DNA of 64,000 nucleotides, taken from NCBI GenBank assembly GCA_002269645.1, contig NIVC01000991.1, forward strand, positions 124,001-188,000, in the 5' to 3' direction. Shown here piece after piece: positions 1 through 12,700 of the stretch (the stretch's first letter is position 1; every line of letters starts with the position of its first letter). Origin of the DNA: Macrostomum lignano (Eukaryota). The notes below the pieces were generated by a model that worked only from the letters and a program-made list of their open reading frames with translations, was not told where the DNA came from and searched no databases. The translations under genes were made by a program, and so were the position numbers.

Positions 1-478
1 TTGAAATAACGAAACTCATTTGTTCCAAACTAAAAATAGTAACGCTCTGGAGCTTGCAAAGTCAGATGGTAGGTAATAAAGGCAACAGTATAAAGGTATC
101 TATGATAATGTTAATGTTAACAACTGTAAGGACTTTTCAATATAGCTCGTAGTGGTATATGGGTCAATGCGTTAGGTATATATTAAAACTATGAGTGTCA
201 GGGGTTAGACTCTCCGGTCCACAAACTGCTTTATAATACCCTGTTGCACCTATAGCAAATGTATAAGAGTTAAATAATCAAAAGAATAAAAATGAAGCTA
301 TTGTGAATTAGTGAATATATTTCATTCTAATATAGCACAAATTTATTTCGCGGGTCTTAAACAACTTTAAGCAAACACGTATGCCTGTGAACAGTGAACA
401 ATAAATTAAACATTAAACATTAAAAAGTTTTCCTGCATCATTTTAAGCTATTGACATACATTACATATTTGAATCCTT

Positions 479-870
479 TTGAATGAGCCAACAGGACAGC
501 AAATGTGGGCCAATACGGGCCACCATATGTGGGCCGATACAGGCCAGCATATGTGGGCCAATACGAGCCAGCATAGGTGGGCCGATACGGGCCAGCATAT
601 GTGGGCTGGTACAGGCCAGCATGTGGGCCAATATGGGCCTAAAGTGGGCCAGCCTACAAGTGGGCTAACAGATGTGGGCGAAAAGTATGGGCCGGATTAC
701 ACGCTTGGCCCAGTAGAGAGGCCAAGTTTAAATGGGCTCTCAGTGGGCCATTAGTTGGCCCTTCTATAAGTGGGCCGAAAATGGGTGAAAGGCCTGCAAA
801 TTGGGCCAAAAAGCACTAGCCCACTGTTGGCCCACTGAGAGGCCCATACTTGGAGGAAAAAAGCCCTTTG
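479..870. repeat. GGGCC/GGCCC-motif degenerate repeat (probable DNA-transposon subterminal region)
   Basis: About five 24-bp units (atgtgggccaatacgggccagcat), then scattered tgggcc motifs that switch to the reverse orientation (ggccca) near 800-850. Confidence 0.5.
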
Positions 871-1159
871 GTTTGACAACCGGGCATGCTGTAAAGCATA
901 TTTTCTTTTACATTCAGCAACCATCAGCAATGTCCTTTGGGTGTTCACCTCTGTCAAGTGCTTCGATCACAAGCCAATGGCATTAGTTCGACAGCCTAGC
1001 ATGCGGTCCACAATTCTGGGGCTGATCTTGCTCCTCCGCAGCAGTTGCAAATGAAGCTATGGACAGCTTTGCTACCATAGATAAAAGCTCCATTACATTG
1101 GCCAACGTATCTTGGATTAAATTAAATGCGCGTAGGCCCAAATGGGCTGCAAAAAGCTA

Positions 1160-1620
1160 CACTCAGCAACATTGAAAAGTGTCCACGTACTGCACAAAAG
1201 GCTGTACACTAGCTGAACGATTAGGGATTGAAAGGTTTTTAACTATGTTTGGGCCATAGACAGTCAAAATAAGGCAACAAAGAATGAACAGCGAAACAAG
1301 TACATGCCCATTTCCACGCTGTGTACGTGTCTAAAGCACAGTCAGTAACAGGTATAGATACCACGAGCGTCCAACAGACCGCTCACTCGTCGAGGCATTC
1401 CCGAACAAGGCGCCGCAGAAAGTCTTGTGGAAGCTGTTGCCACGCGACTGAAAGCGCATTGCGCAGCTGGACCATGTTCTAGGGGGATAGATTGTTGCAC
1501 CGAGTCGTGTGCTTCAGGAAATCCCACACTTGCTCAATCGAGTTCATATCCGGTGATCTGGATGGCCAACGCAGAGTGCGCCAATCAGTCATTTAGCGGA
1601 CTCTGCGTCCAGATGCCTCC
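1160..1620 (-). mobile_element. Tc1/mariner transposon 3' remnant (transposase C-terminus plus one TIR)
   Basis: The minus strand translates to RWPSRSPDMNSIEQVWDFLK... and, after a frameshift, MPRRVSGLLDARGIYTCY*. These match the Tc1 WPxxSPDLNPIExxW motif and the C-terminal MPRR...ARG.HT.Y motif. A TA at 1158-1159 precedes a CACTCAGCAAC terminus. An in-frame stop and the frameshift show decay. Confidence 0.85.
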
Positions 1621-1644
1621 AGTAAACCCCTGTACACTCGTTAC

Positions 1645-2013
1645 TGTAACGCTTTTCCCTGTGACACCAGATATCGGTCTTTACACTTTTCTGCCCTTTA
1701 CTTTAGTACATTATAAAGTAGAGTAAACTATCCTATATACTATACATCGGTTTCTATAAGCATTAGAGCTTGATCGAATGACTTGAGCCTTGAAGTTGTC
1801 CTGTAATAACAACTCTCCTGTTCTGTTAGATTTATCTAACATTACACGCCATGTCCTTATTTTGTTGATGGCCTTATTTTCTGACTGTTAACTACTCGAA
1901 ACTAACTACTGTAACTTAGTTACTTAGTTACTTAGTTTCAGAACTTGAACCCAAGGTACCCATGATCTAACCTATATATAAACCTTTCTATATCATTATT
2001 GGTGTCGGAAAGT
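1645..2013 (+). mobile_element. Possible LTR plus primer-binding-site remnant
   Basis: Starts TGTAACG, has a TATA-like cctatatataaa, and is followed by TGGTGTCGGAAAGTG, which resembles a tRNA-Leu PBS (TGGTGTCAGAAGTG). No TSD or partner LTR was found. Confidence 0.3.
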
Positions 2014-2236
2014 GAAACTGTTTAAGTTTATACTGAGTTCAAACTGTGTCGCTTCATAATTGAGAAAGCTATTAAAATATACTTACTATACTACTGTCAA
2101 CTAACCATCTATATATACATTACAATGATTACATATTTTTAAAGAGAAACATGCTATTTGTGTAACAATAAAAGCATTAACGCGCATATTCATAGAATTT
2201 TTACGAAATCCTGTGCGTATGGTGTTTGATATTAAA

Positions 2237-3238
2237 GCCATATGGGGTGTCAGGGAGAGGTGTCAGATATCACAGCCATATGGGGTGTCAGGGAAAGGTG
2301 TCAGATATCACAGCCATATGGGGTGTCAGGGAAAAATGTCAGATATCACAGCCATATGGGGTGTCAGGGAAAGGTGTCAGATATCACAGCCATATGGGGT
2401 GTCAGGGGAAGGTGTCAGATATCACAGCCATATGGGTGTCAGGGGAAGGTGTCAGATATCACAGCCATATGGGGTGTCAGGGGGTGGTGTCAGATATCAC
2501 AGCCATATGGGGTGTCAGGGAAAAATGTCAGATATCACAGCCATATGGGGTGTCAGGGAAAGGTGTCAGATATCACAGCCATTTGGGGTGTCAGGGAAAG
2601 GTGTCAGATATCACAGCCATATGGGGTGTCAGGGGAAGGTGTCAGATATCACAGCCATATGGGGTGTCAGGGGGTGGTGTCAGATATCACAGCCATATGG
2701 GGTGTCAGGGGAAGGTGTCAGATATCACAGCCATATGGGGTGTCAGGGGAAGGTGTCAGATATCACAGCCATATGGGGTGTCAGGGGGTGGTGTCAGATA
2801 CCACAGCCCTATGGGGTGTCAGGGGAAGGTGTCAGATATCACAGCCATTTGGGGTGTCAGGAGAAGGTGTCAGATATCACAGCCATATGGGGTGTCAGGG
2901 AAAGGTGTCAGATATCACAGCCATATGGGGTGTCAGGGGAAGGTGTCAGATATCACAGCCATATGGGGTGTCAGGGGGTGGTGTCAGATACCACAGCCCT
3001 ATGGGGTGTCAGGGGAAGGTGTCAGATATCACAGCCATTTGGGGTGTCAGGAGAAGGTGTCAGATACCACAGCCATATGGGGTGTCAGGGGAAGGTGTCA
3101 GATATCACAGCCATTTGGGGTGTCAGGGAAAGGTGTCAGATATCACAGCCATATGGGGTGTCAGGGGGTGGTGTCAGATATCACAGCCATTTGGGGTGTC
3201 AGGGAAAGGTGTCAGATATCACAGCCATATGGGGTGTC
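2237..3238. repeat. 38-bp minisatellite, ~26 copies
   Basis: Unit gccatatggggtgtcaggggaaggtgtcagatatcaca, with recurring variants (aaaaat, ggggtg, ccct, ttt). Confidence 0.97.
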
Positions 3239-3739
3239 AACTATTTTCAACTGAAGAATAAAGCAAAAATGTGAACGCGAGTAGCTTTACAAACTTTAAT
3301 AACATTACACCGCAGTGCATTAGAATAAGCAAGAATAAGGAATTTTATAATCTAGCATTTTAAATATGACAACACTGCGTGGAGTTTCATACATAAAGCC
3401 AATTAATTTATCAAGTATATTTGCAGATATCCTAACCATTTAGAAAATAAAAAAAATACAGAACAACACTGGGTGCCTGTCAGTCAGCTGAGTTGATAGG
3501 CAGTTTAAAACATTTATTATCTTGATAAAGAACAAACATACGGAAAAAACATATATTATAGAGAAAATCTTATTGAAAAATACCAGCTAACAAAAATAAA
3601 TTTGCTATCGAGACTGAATGTAATCAGGTAAATCATAATCAGAGTGACTTTCAACTTTTTATGGTGCTGTCTGGCACTATATTTGATTTGGACACGATTG
3701 TCCATTATCAGTCACAGCTTGTTCAGGTGGCTCATACAC

Positions 3740-5018
3740 AATGTACATTGCAGTTTAATAGGGGCAGAGGGCTAGCTGGGGTGGCTTGGTTCTCAGTGAA
3801 TGTACATTGCAGTTTAATAGGGGCAGAGGGCTAGCTGGGGTGGCTTGGTTCTCAGTGAATGTACATTGCAGTTTAATAGGGGCAGAGGGCTAGCTGAGGT
3901 GGCTTGGTTCTCAGTGAATGTACATTGCAGTTTAATAGGGGCAGAGGGCTAGCTGGGGTGGCTTGGTTCTCAGTGAATGTACATTGCAGTTTAATAGGGG
4001 CAGAGGGCTAGCTGGGGTGGCTTGGTTCTCAGTGAATGTACATTGCAGTTTAATAGGGGCAGAGGGCTAGCTGGGGTGGCTTGGTTCTCAGTGAATGTAC
4101 ATTGCAGTTTAATAGGGGCAGAGGGCTAGCTGAGGTGGCTTGGTTCTCAGTGAATGTACATTGCAGTTTAATAGGGGCAGAGGGCTAGCTGAGGTGGCTT
4201 GGTTCTCAGTGAATGTACATTGCAGTTTAATAGGGGCAGAGGGCTAGCTGGGGTGGCTTGGTTCTCAGTGAATGTACATTGCAGTTTAATAGGGGCAGAG
4301 GGCTAGCTGGGGTGGCTTGGTTCTCAGTGAATGTACATTGCAGTTTAATAGGGGCAGAGGGCTAGCTGAGGTGGCTTGGTTCTCAGTGAATGTACATTGC
4401 AGTTTAATAGGGGCAGAGGGCTAGCTGAGGTGGCTTGGTTCTCAGTGAATGTACATTGCAGTTTAATAGGGGCAGAGGGCTAGCTGGGGTGGCTTGGTTC
4501 TCAGTGAATGTACATTGCAGTTTAATAGGGGCAGAGGGCTAGCTGGGGTGGCTTGGTTCTCAGTGAATGTACATTGCAGTTTAATAGGGGCAGAGGGCTA
4601 GCTGGGGTGGCTTGGTTCTCAGTGAATGTACATTGCAGTTTAATAGGGGCAGAGGGCTAGCTGGGGTGGCTTGGTTCTCAGTGAATGTACATTGCAGTTT
4701 AATAGGGGCAGAGGGCTAGCTGAGGTGGCTTGGTTCTCAGTGAATGTACATTGCAGTTTAATAGGGGCAGAGGGCTAGCTGGGGTGGCTTGGTTCTCAGT
4801 GAATGTACATTGCAGTTTAATAGGGGCAGAGGGCTAGCTGGGGTGGCTTGGTTCTCAGTGAATGTACATTGCAGTTTAATAGGGGCAGAGGGCTAGCTGG
4901 GGTGGCTTGGTTCTCTGTGAATGTACATTGCAGTTTAATAGGGGCAGAGGGCTAGCTGGGGTGGCTTGGTTCTCAGTGAATGTACATTGCAGTTTAATAG
5001 GGGCAGCGGGCTAGCTGG
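3740..5018. repeat. 59-bp minisatellite, ~21 near-identical copies
   Basis: Unit aatgtacattgcagtttaataggggcagagggctagctggggtggcttggttctcagtg. The period is confirmed by a 1-nt shift per 60-nt line. Confidence 0.97.
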
Positions 5019-5238
5019 TTTGTGTGTGGGTAGTGTGTGTAGGTTCATATCGAAGTTGTTCAGTGCTGTAGCGTGAAACGTCAAAAACTACGGAGCATAA
5101 AGTAGAAACTTTAGCTTTAGAAACTTTAGAAAGTTCAATGAAAAAATGTCATAAGACAGCTTTATACTACGATATCTAAAGCAGAGTTAACTTTAATTAA
5201 TATGTTTTCATGTAAAGACGAAGTATATCTATATACCA

Positions 5239-5240
<2 letters not shown>

Positions 5241-5275
<35 letters not shown>
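5241..5275. repeat. (TG)n microsatellite
   Basis: Pure TG run. Confidence 0.95.
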
Positions 5276-5277
<2 letters not shown>

Positions 5278-5755
5278 AAACAAAGCTTGCTCGTAAAATA
5301 CTTTTCAGATCATTCACAACAAAGAAAGCCTATAGCTTATTAAATGATAGCGAGACCAGATTCTTTTTGAGTTTCAAAATTTTTCGAAAGTATCAAACAT
5401 AATAATTAACCCCGCTTACACCTACAGTTTTAATAGAGAATGTTTACCAATTCAAAATATACAAATATTAGCATAGAAAAATTGGTTCTAATATTGATTA
5501 GGCAAAAATGAGTTCACTAAAACAGAGTATCATTCTAAACATCTGCTAATGTTCACGGCTAAAGAAGTGTTCGATTTCAAACAGATTCATCTGCGATTTA
5601 ATATTCAAGCGCAACTGCTTACTTACAACTGGAAAATAGTAGTAGTAGTTGCTCACAGCTGGCACATGGAAACTGAATAGATAGGAATGATGGATAAAAC
5701 CCAGGAGGAAGAGACATTGAATCACCAAAACAAATCCAAGCTAGATTTTTGACAA

Positions 5756-6584
5756 TGGGAGGCTGGCTCAGCAACTGAGGATCTGGGAGGCTGGCCCAGC
5801 AACTGAGGATCTGGAAGGCTGGCCCAGCAACTGAGGATCTGGGAGGCTGGCACACCAACTGAGGATCTGGGAGGCTGGCCCAGCAACTGAGGATCTGGGA
5901 GGCTGGCCCAGCAACTGAGGATCTGGGAGGCTGGCCCAGCAACTGAGGATCTGGGAAGCTGGCCCAGCAACTGACACTCTGGGAGGCTGGCCCAGCAACT
6001 GAGGATCTGGGAGGCTGGCCCAGCAACTGGGGATCTGGGAGCTAGGCTGGCCCAGCAACTGAGGATCTGGGAGGCTGGCCCAGCAACTGACACTCTGGGA
6101 GGCTGGCCCAGCAACTGAGGATCTGGGAGGCTGGCCCAGCAACTGAGGATCTGGGAGGCTGGCCCAGAAACTGAGGATCTGGGAGGCTGGCCCAGAAACT
6201 GAGGATCTGGGAGGCTGGCACACCAACTGAGGATCTGGGAGGCTGGCCCAGCAACTGAGGATCTGGGAGGCTGGCCCAGCAACTGAGGATCTGGGAGGCT
6301 GGCCCAGCAACTGAGGATCTGGGAGGCTGGCCCAGCAACTGAGGATCTGGGAGGCTGGCATAGCAACTGAGGATCTGGAAAGCTGGCCCAGCAACTGGGG
6401 ATCTGGGAGGCTGGCCCAGCAACTGAGGATCTGGGAGGCTGGCCCAGCAACTGGGGATCTGGGAAGCTGGCCCAGCAACTGAGGATCTGGGAAGCTGGCC
6501 CAGCAACTGAGGATCTGGGAGGCTGGCCCAGCAACTGAGGATCTGGGAGGCTGGCACAGCAACTGAGGATCTGGGAAGCTGGCC
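5756..6584. repeat. 28-bp minisatellite, locus 1
   Basis: Unit gaggatctgggaggctggcccagcaact. The same unit recurs at 26316-26882. Confidence 0.97.
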
Positions 6585-6719
6585 CGCAAGGACCTGGCAG
6601 GATGGATAACCTGAGGAATTGAGAATATCGACAGCCCAGCGCTAACAAAGCACAATGAAGTGAGTAAAAGGGCAGAGAGACACAGCTAGTGAATTACTAT
6701 ACACGCACAGTAGCGGGCC

Positions 6720-9700
6720 CTACAGCGGCAGAGGCTGGCTGGATCCCAGAGCCCCAGCAGGCAGCCGGAACCTCGGCTCTCTAGGCTGATCTGACAGGCA
6801 GCGGCTGAGGCAGTCGAGAATTCGCCTCTCGGACTCCTGTCGAGGCTCCGAGCCGGCGGGCTGGTCTTTGCAGAGAACCCTGGCCAGCTGGCGGCACAGC
6901 AGGTCGCGGTGGACGCCATTCTTGTCGGAGTTGGCCAGCAGCTCCTGCGGTTGCCAGGGAGCGGGGGCGGATGGGACGCTTTTACAACTACCGAGGTTCA
7001 TCAGGGGGCAGAAATAGGGCGGGTCAAGCAAGGGAAGGGGGCGGAAATAGGGCGGGTCAAGCAAGGGAAGGGGCGGAAATAGGGCGGGTCAAGCAAGGGA
7101 AGGGGCGGAAATAGGGCGGGTCAAGCAAGGGAAGGGGCGGAAATAGGGCGGGTCAAGCAAGGGAAGGGGCGGAAATAGGGCGGGTCAAGCAAGGGAAGGG
7201 GCAGAAATAGGGCGGGTCAAGCAAGGGAAGGGGGCGGAAATAGGGCGGGTCAAGCAAGGGAAGGGGCGGAAATAGGGCGGGTCAAGCAAGGGAAGGGGCG
7301 GAAATAGGGCGGGTCAAGCAAAGGAAGGGGCGGAAATAGGGCGGGTCAAGCACTGAAGGAGGTCTAAATACGAGTAAAAAAGAGATCAGATGAGGAATAA
7401 ATAAATGATAAAAATCACCTGGGCCAAATCCAGTACCAAGCAGAGCAGATTAGCGGCCAGGGGCGAGCCGGGCTCGGGCAACAACGAATCCGGCAGACAC
7501 TCTAAATAGACAAACAGAGTCTGCAGGTAGGACTTGCCGGCAATGGACTCTAACGGCAGTTCGTCCATCAGATCTGTGGATGTAAGCAGCTCAGCGGAGC
7601 GCAGAATCTCTTCGGTATTGGTCACGTCCGTGAGCAGGTCCTGAGTAGTCAGGTGGTGCCGGCGGATGTGACGGATGAGGCGGACAACCTCGCGTGGAAG
7701 CGGCTGCGGCTCGGTTAGGAAGCCTGAGTATGCGGGAGTGGGAAGAGGTTGATCCAGGGGAATAATTATATCTATCCGCAAGATCCACAGATACCATAGC
7801 ACCTTGAATGTTCTTTGTGTTATCCTGAGTATTAGAATCATTCCAATAAAATATCCCCTATAAATTTATCCCTATGGGATATCCCTACCAACTTATCTCT
7901 ATGGGATATCCCCTACAAATTTATCCCTATGGAATATCTCCTACAAATTTATCCCTATGGAATATCTCCTACAAATAATACCCTATTGGATATCCCCTAC
8001 CAACATATCCCTATTGAATATCCCCTACCAACATATCCCTATTGAATATCCCCTACCAACATATCCCTATTGAATATCCCCTACCAACATATCCCTATTG
8101 AATATCCCCTACCAACATATCCCTATTGGATATCCCCTACCAACATATCCCTATTGGATATCCCCTACCAACATATCCCTATTGAATATCCCCTACCAAC
8201 ATATCCCTATTGAATATCCCCTACCAACATATCCTTATTGGATATCCCCTACCAACATATCCCTATTGAATATCCCCTACCAACATATCCCTATTGAATA
8301 TCCCCTACCAACATATCCCTATTGAATATCCCCTACCAACATATCCTTATTGGATATCCCTACCACGCAACTTATCCCTATGAGATATCCCCTACCAACT
8401 TATACCTATGGGATATCCTCAACACATTTATCCCTATCCACGCACAAATCCCAATCCACCCACCCGGCAACTGTCCGAAACTGGCCGAAACGCTCTCTAC
8501 ATCGTCGTCGTATTTGTCCGGATTTTCGCCAGTCGCCGCGGCCGAGCCACGGCGATAGGCCAGCCGGATGGCCGCTCGAAGGTCGTCAGGTTCGAGCCGG
8601 GACACCGGGCGGGCGAGTCGGCAGGCAACGGCGAGTGGCAGGCCGAAACAGGTGGGCACCAGATCCGCCTGTGGTATGAGGAAGAAGTGCTTCCCGCCAG
8701 TCAGCACCTGCAGGGAGGGGAGGCAGTGTTAGGGGTGACAGCGCCTGGGATTTTTTAATAGATTCGATGAGATTTTTGTATGAGACTAATATGAGATTCT
8801 AATGTGAGATTCTTGTATGAGATCCTGATGTGAGATTCTGATGTGAGATTCTTGTATGAGACTCTAATATGAGATTCTGATGTGAGATTCTTGTATGAGA
8901 CTCTAATATGAGATTCTGATGTGAGATTCTTGTATGAGACTCAAGTATGAGATTCTAATGTAAGACTCTAGTATGAGATCCTGATGTGAGATTCTGGTAT
9001 GAGATTCTCAGGATTCCAGACTCACCACAACAAGGATGTCCTCTGGTCTGAACACCGGATTAGGCTGCTCCTCGGCCCACCGGCGCATCGCCTCGGCAAT
9101 GTGCCTGTCCTTCAACGACAACGACAATTTGATTGACTGTTGCGAGTCCACGTCAATCCTAGACGTGGTTGGCGTCAGCCGCATAAAAGCCGGGCAAGTG
9201 TCGCCGCCAAAGGCGTCGCTGCCGTTGAAATGCCAGCGCACCGGGACGCGGCCAGTGTTGCGCAAGGACACGCCGGTCTCGTAGGTTTCGAAGAAAGCCA
9301 CCTGGCCGAAGCTTATCTACAGTTGGTTATTTGTTGTTTCGATACATATCGGCTAGATAGTAAAGGACTTTTATCAGCTAATAACCAAATCAATCATGAC
9401 CAAATATACTACTTACTAGTAGCTAGAGATGACACCCTAATGATTAAATTCACATACTTTAACTAATATATGACCGAATCTACCTACTAATGACCGAATC
9501 TACCTACTAATTACCGAATCTACCTACTAATGATCGAATCTACCTACTAATGATGAAATCTACCTACTAATGACCGAATCTACCTACTAATGATCGAATC
9601 TACTTACAAATGATCTAATCTACCAACTAATGACTGAATCTACCTACTTAATGACCGAATCTACCTATCAACGACCTAAAATAACTACTAATGACCGAAT

Positions 9701-12700
9701 CTACCTAATAATTATTGAATTCACCTACTAATGACCGAATCTATATAACTAATGATCGAATCTACCTATTAATAACCGAATCTATCTATCAATGACAGAA
9801 TCTACCTATGAAAGACCGAATCTACCTATCAACGACCTAATATAACTACTAATGACCGAATCAACCAATTAATGACCGAATCTACCTACTAATGACCGAA
9901 TCTACCTACCAATGACCGAATCTACCTACTTAATGACCGAATCTACCCACTAATGACAGAATCTACCTACTAATGACCGAATCTACCTACTAATGACCGA
10001 ATCTACCTACTAATGACAGAATCTACCTACTAATGACCGAATCTACCTACTTAATGACCGAATCTACCCACTAATGACAGAATCTACCTACTAATGACCG
10101 AATCTACTTACAAATGATCTAATCTACCCACTAATGACTGAATCTACCTACTAATTTAATCTACTGAATCTACCTACTAATCTACTTACTACGAATTTAC
10201 CTATTAATGACCAAATCTACTGAATTTCGAATGCAATCAAGCTTTCAATTACCTCATGTCCGGGATCTAGCACGCACTGCGGCAAAATAGCATTCTCCAG
10301 CTGATCAATCAGCCTAATCACCTCGCGATAAACTCTCTGCCTTCGCTCCTGATTCACCTTGGCAATGTCAACTTGCAACACGCAGGCCACTGGCTTGTGA
10401 TCGCTCATCTGGTTGCTAAGGAAACAATCATACTTAATAACCTTGCAGGGCACAGAGGCAGAGTGGAACAGTACCCGATCGCACCAGCTGGGTATTCGCG
10501 ATTTCTCCACAGCGTACTGATTGCCGCCCACTTCGAATTTGTACGACGGCTTGAAGTTAATTTTCTCTTCCTGTAGTTTGCGGGTAAAAAAGCACGTGTG
10601 CTATTAAACTACTGACAATTCAGTAGTATTCACGATCATTTCTTTTAAATAAACATTTGCAAACAAATACTGCAGCGATTACTTAATTAGAAGTGCTAAT
10701 ATTAATGAAAGTTAATTTTTTATTTCTGTATTAAGCGGGGAAAATCGTATATGCAATTAAGCTACTGAGAAGTCAGTAGTATCAGTAGTTAAATACTCGT
10801 TATTGCCCTTAAAAAGGCCCGTTAAAAAATAGTCTCTCGATCGAATTTAACTCTAGCAACTTTGGAGCCACTCTTTTGACTTTCTAACGACTTAAACGAC
10901 TGTGATGCGACGGAGGCGCGACTTTTGAGTCACGTGATTTATAGAATCATAAAAAGAGTCGCCAAAAAAGTCGTCCAAGAATCGTTAAGTCAACGCTTAA
11001 CTTTCTATTAACTCAATTAGACAAAATAGTTGTTATAAATGCGTAATTCAGTGATTCTAGCACGCCTCAGACACGACTCTACGGTCCCAGTATGTCACTA
11101 TAGAAGTGTTCCAAAGTCGTTTCAGAGTCGCAGACAATATTAAAAAACCTTTGACGACTCGTAAAGAGCCACTTCTTTCCAATTTGACCTGTGTTACCTG
11201 CAACAACTCTGAAGCGACTCTGTGACTTCTGCCAAATGAGAAGTTATTAACTGTGTTATAAGTTGCCAAATTATTTTTATTTATTGAGGTAGATACGTTT
11301 CATTGATTTACTGACGCAATCTAAAGTATATTTTAGTGTCCTTAAAAGGGCCGTTTTACTATTTTACAAAAAATCTACTTAGAGACTTAGTAATAAAGTG
11401 ATGAAAGTAGTGCTTAGAGAGTTATCTTGAAGCGATCAAACCTGACCTGGAATCCTTCAAACATGTCAGCATAGCGGCTCCACTGCGGCTCAGGTTTCTT
11501 CTTCAACTGTCTAACCAGATTCAATTCGTCGTGAAAGTCCAATAATCGATCGAATTTCCCGTGATTAACCAATCGTTCAACTTCGTCGCGTTCAATTCTA
11601 ACTAGGCGAAAATTTAAATCGCCAAACCAGAACATCGCGTGGTGCTCGCTGTCCGAAGCCAGGAACTCGAACTCGCCAGACTCGCCCTGCTGTTGGCCAG
11701 TTGAGTAACCGTCCCCTGGTTGCGTTTTGAATAGCTTCAACTTCACCAGAATGTCCTGACATTGTGGTAGGTGATTAGGGCAAACTTTACAATAAACATT
11801 TCATTCTGACGAACTCATAAGGAGTTTGTCAAACTTAAAAATATTGGCTGGTGGGTTTTTGTGCCATTCATAGCCATGAGGGCCAAACCCCAGACACAGA
11901 TCTAAAAGCGTGTGTACTTTAATGAAACAGATCTAAGAGCGTGTGTACTTAAATGGCCCATATCTAAGACCATGAGTACTTTAATGGCTCAGATCTAAGA
12001 CCGTGTGTACTTTAATGACACAGATCTAAGAGCGTGTGTACTTAAATGGCCCATATCTAAGACCATGAGTACTTTAATGGCTCAGATCTAAGACCGTGTG
12101 TACTTTAATGACACAGATCTAAGAGCGTGTGTACTTTAATGGCCCAGATCTAAGACCGCGTGTACTTTAATGGCACAGATCTAAGACCGTGTGTACTTTA
12201 ATGGCCCAGATCTAAGAGCGTGTGTACTTAAATGACACAGATCTAAGAGCGTGTGTACTTAAATGACACAGATCTAAGAGCGTGTACTTAAATGACACAG
12301 ATCTAAGAGCGTGTGTACTTAAATGACACAGATCTAAGAGCGTGTGTACTTAAATGACACAGATCTAAGAGCGTGTGTACTTAAATGACACAGATCTAAG
12401 AGCGTGTGTACTTAAATGACACAGATCTAAGAGCGTGTGTACTTAAATGACACACAGATCTAAGAGCGTGTGTACTTAAATGACAGATCTAAGACCGTGT
12501 GTACTTAAATGGCCCAGATCTAAGACCATGAGTACTTTAATGGCTCAGATCTAAGAGCGTGTGTACTTTAATGGCCCAGATCTAAGACCGTGAGTTCTTT
12601 AATGGCTCAGATCTAAGAGCGTGTGTACTTTAATGGCACAGATCCATGAGCGATGTTAGCCATTCACCTTAGGAAACGTTAGTAACTTTGTCTTAGAGCA

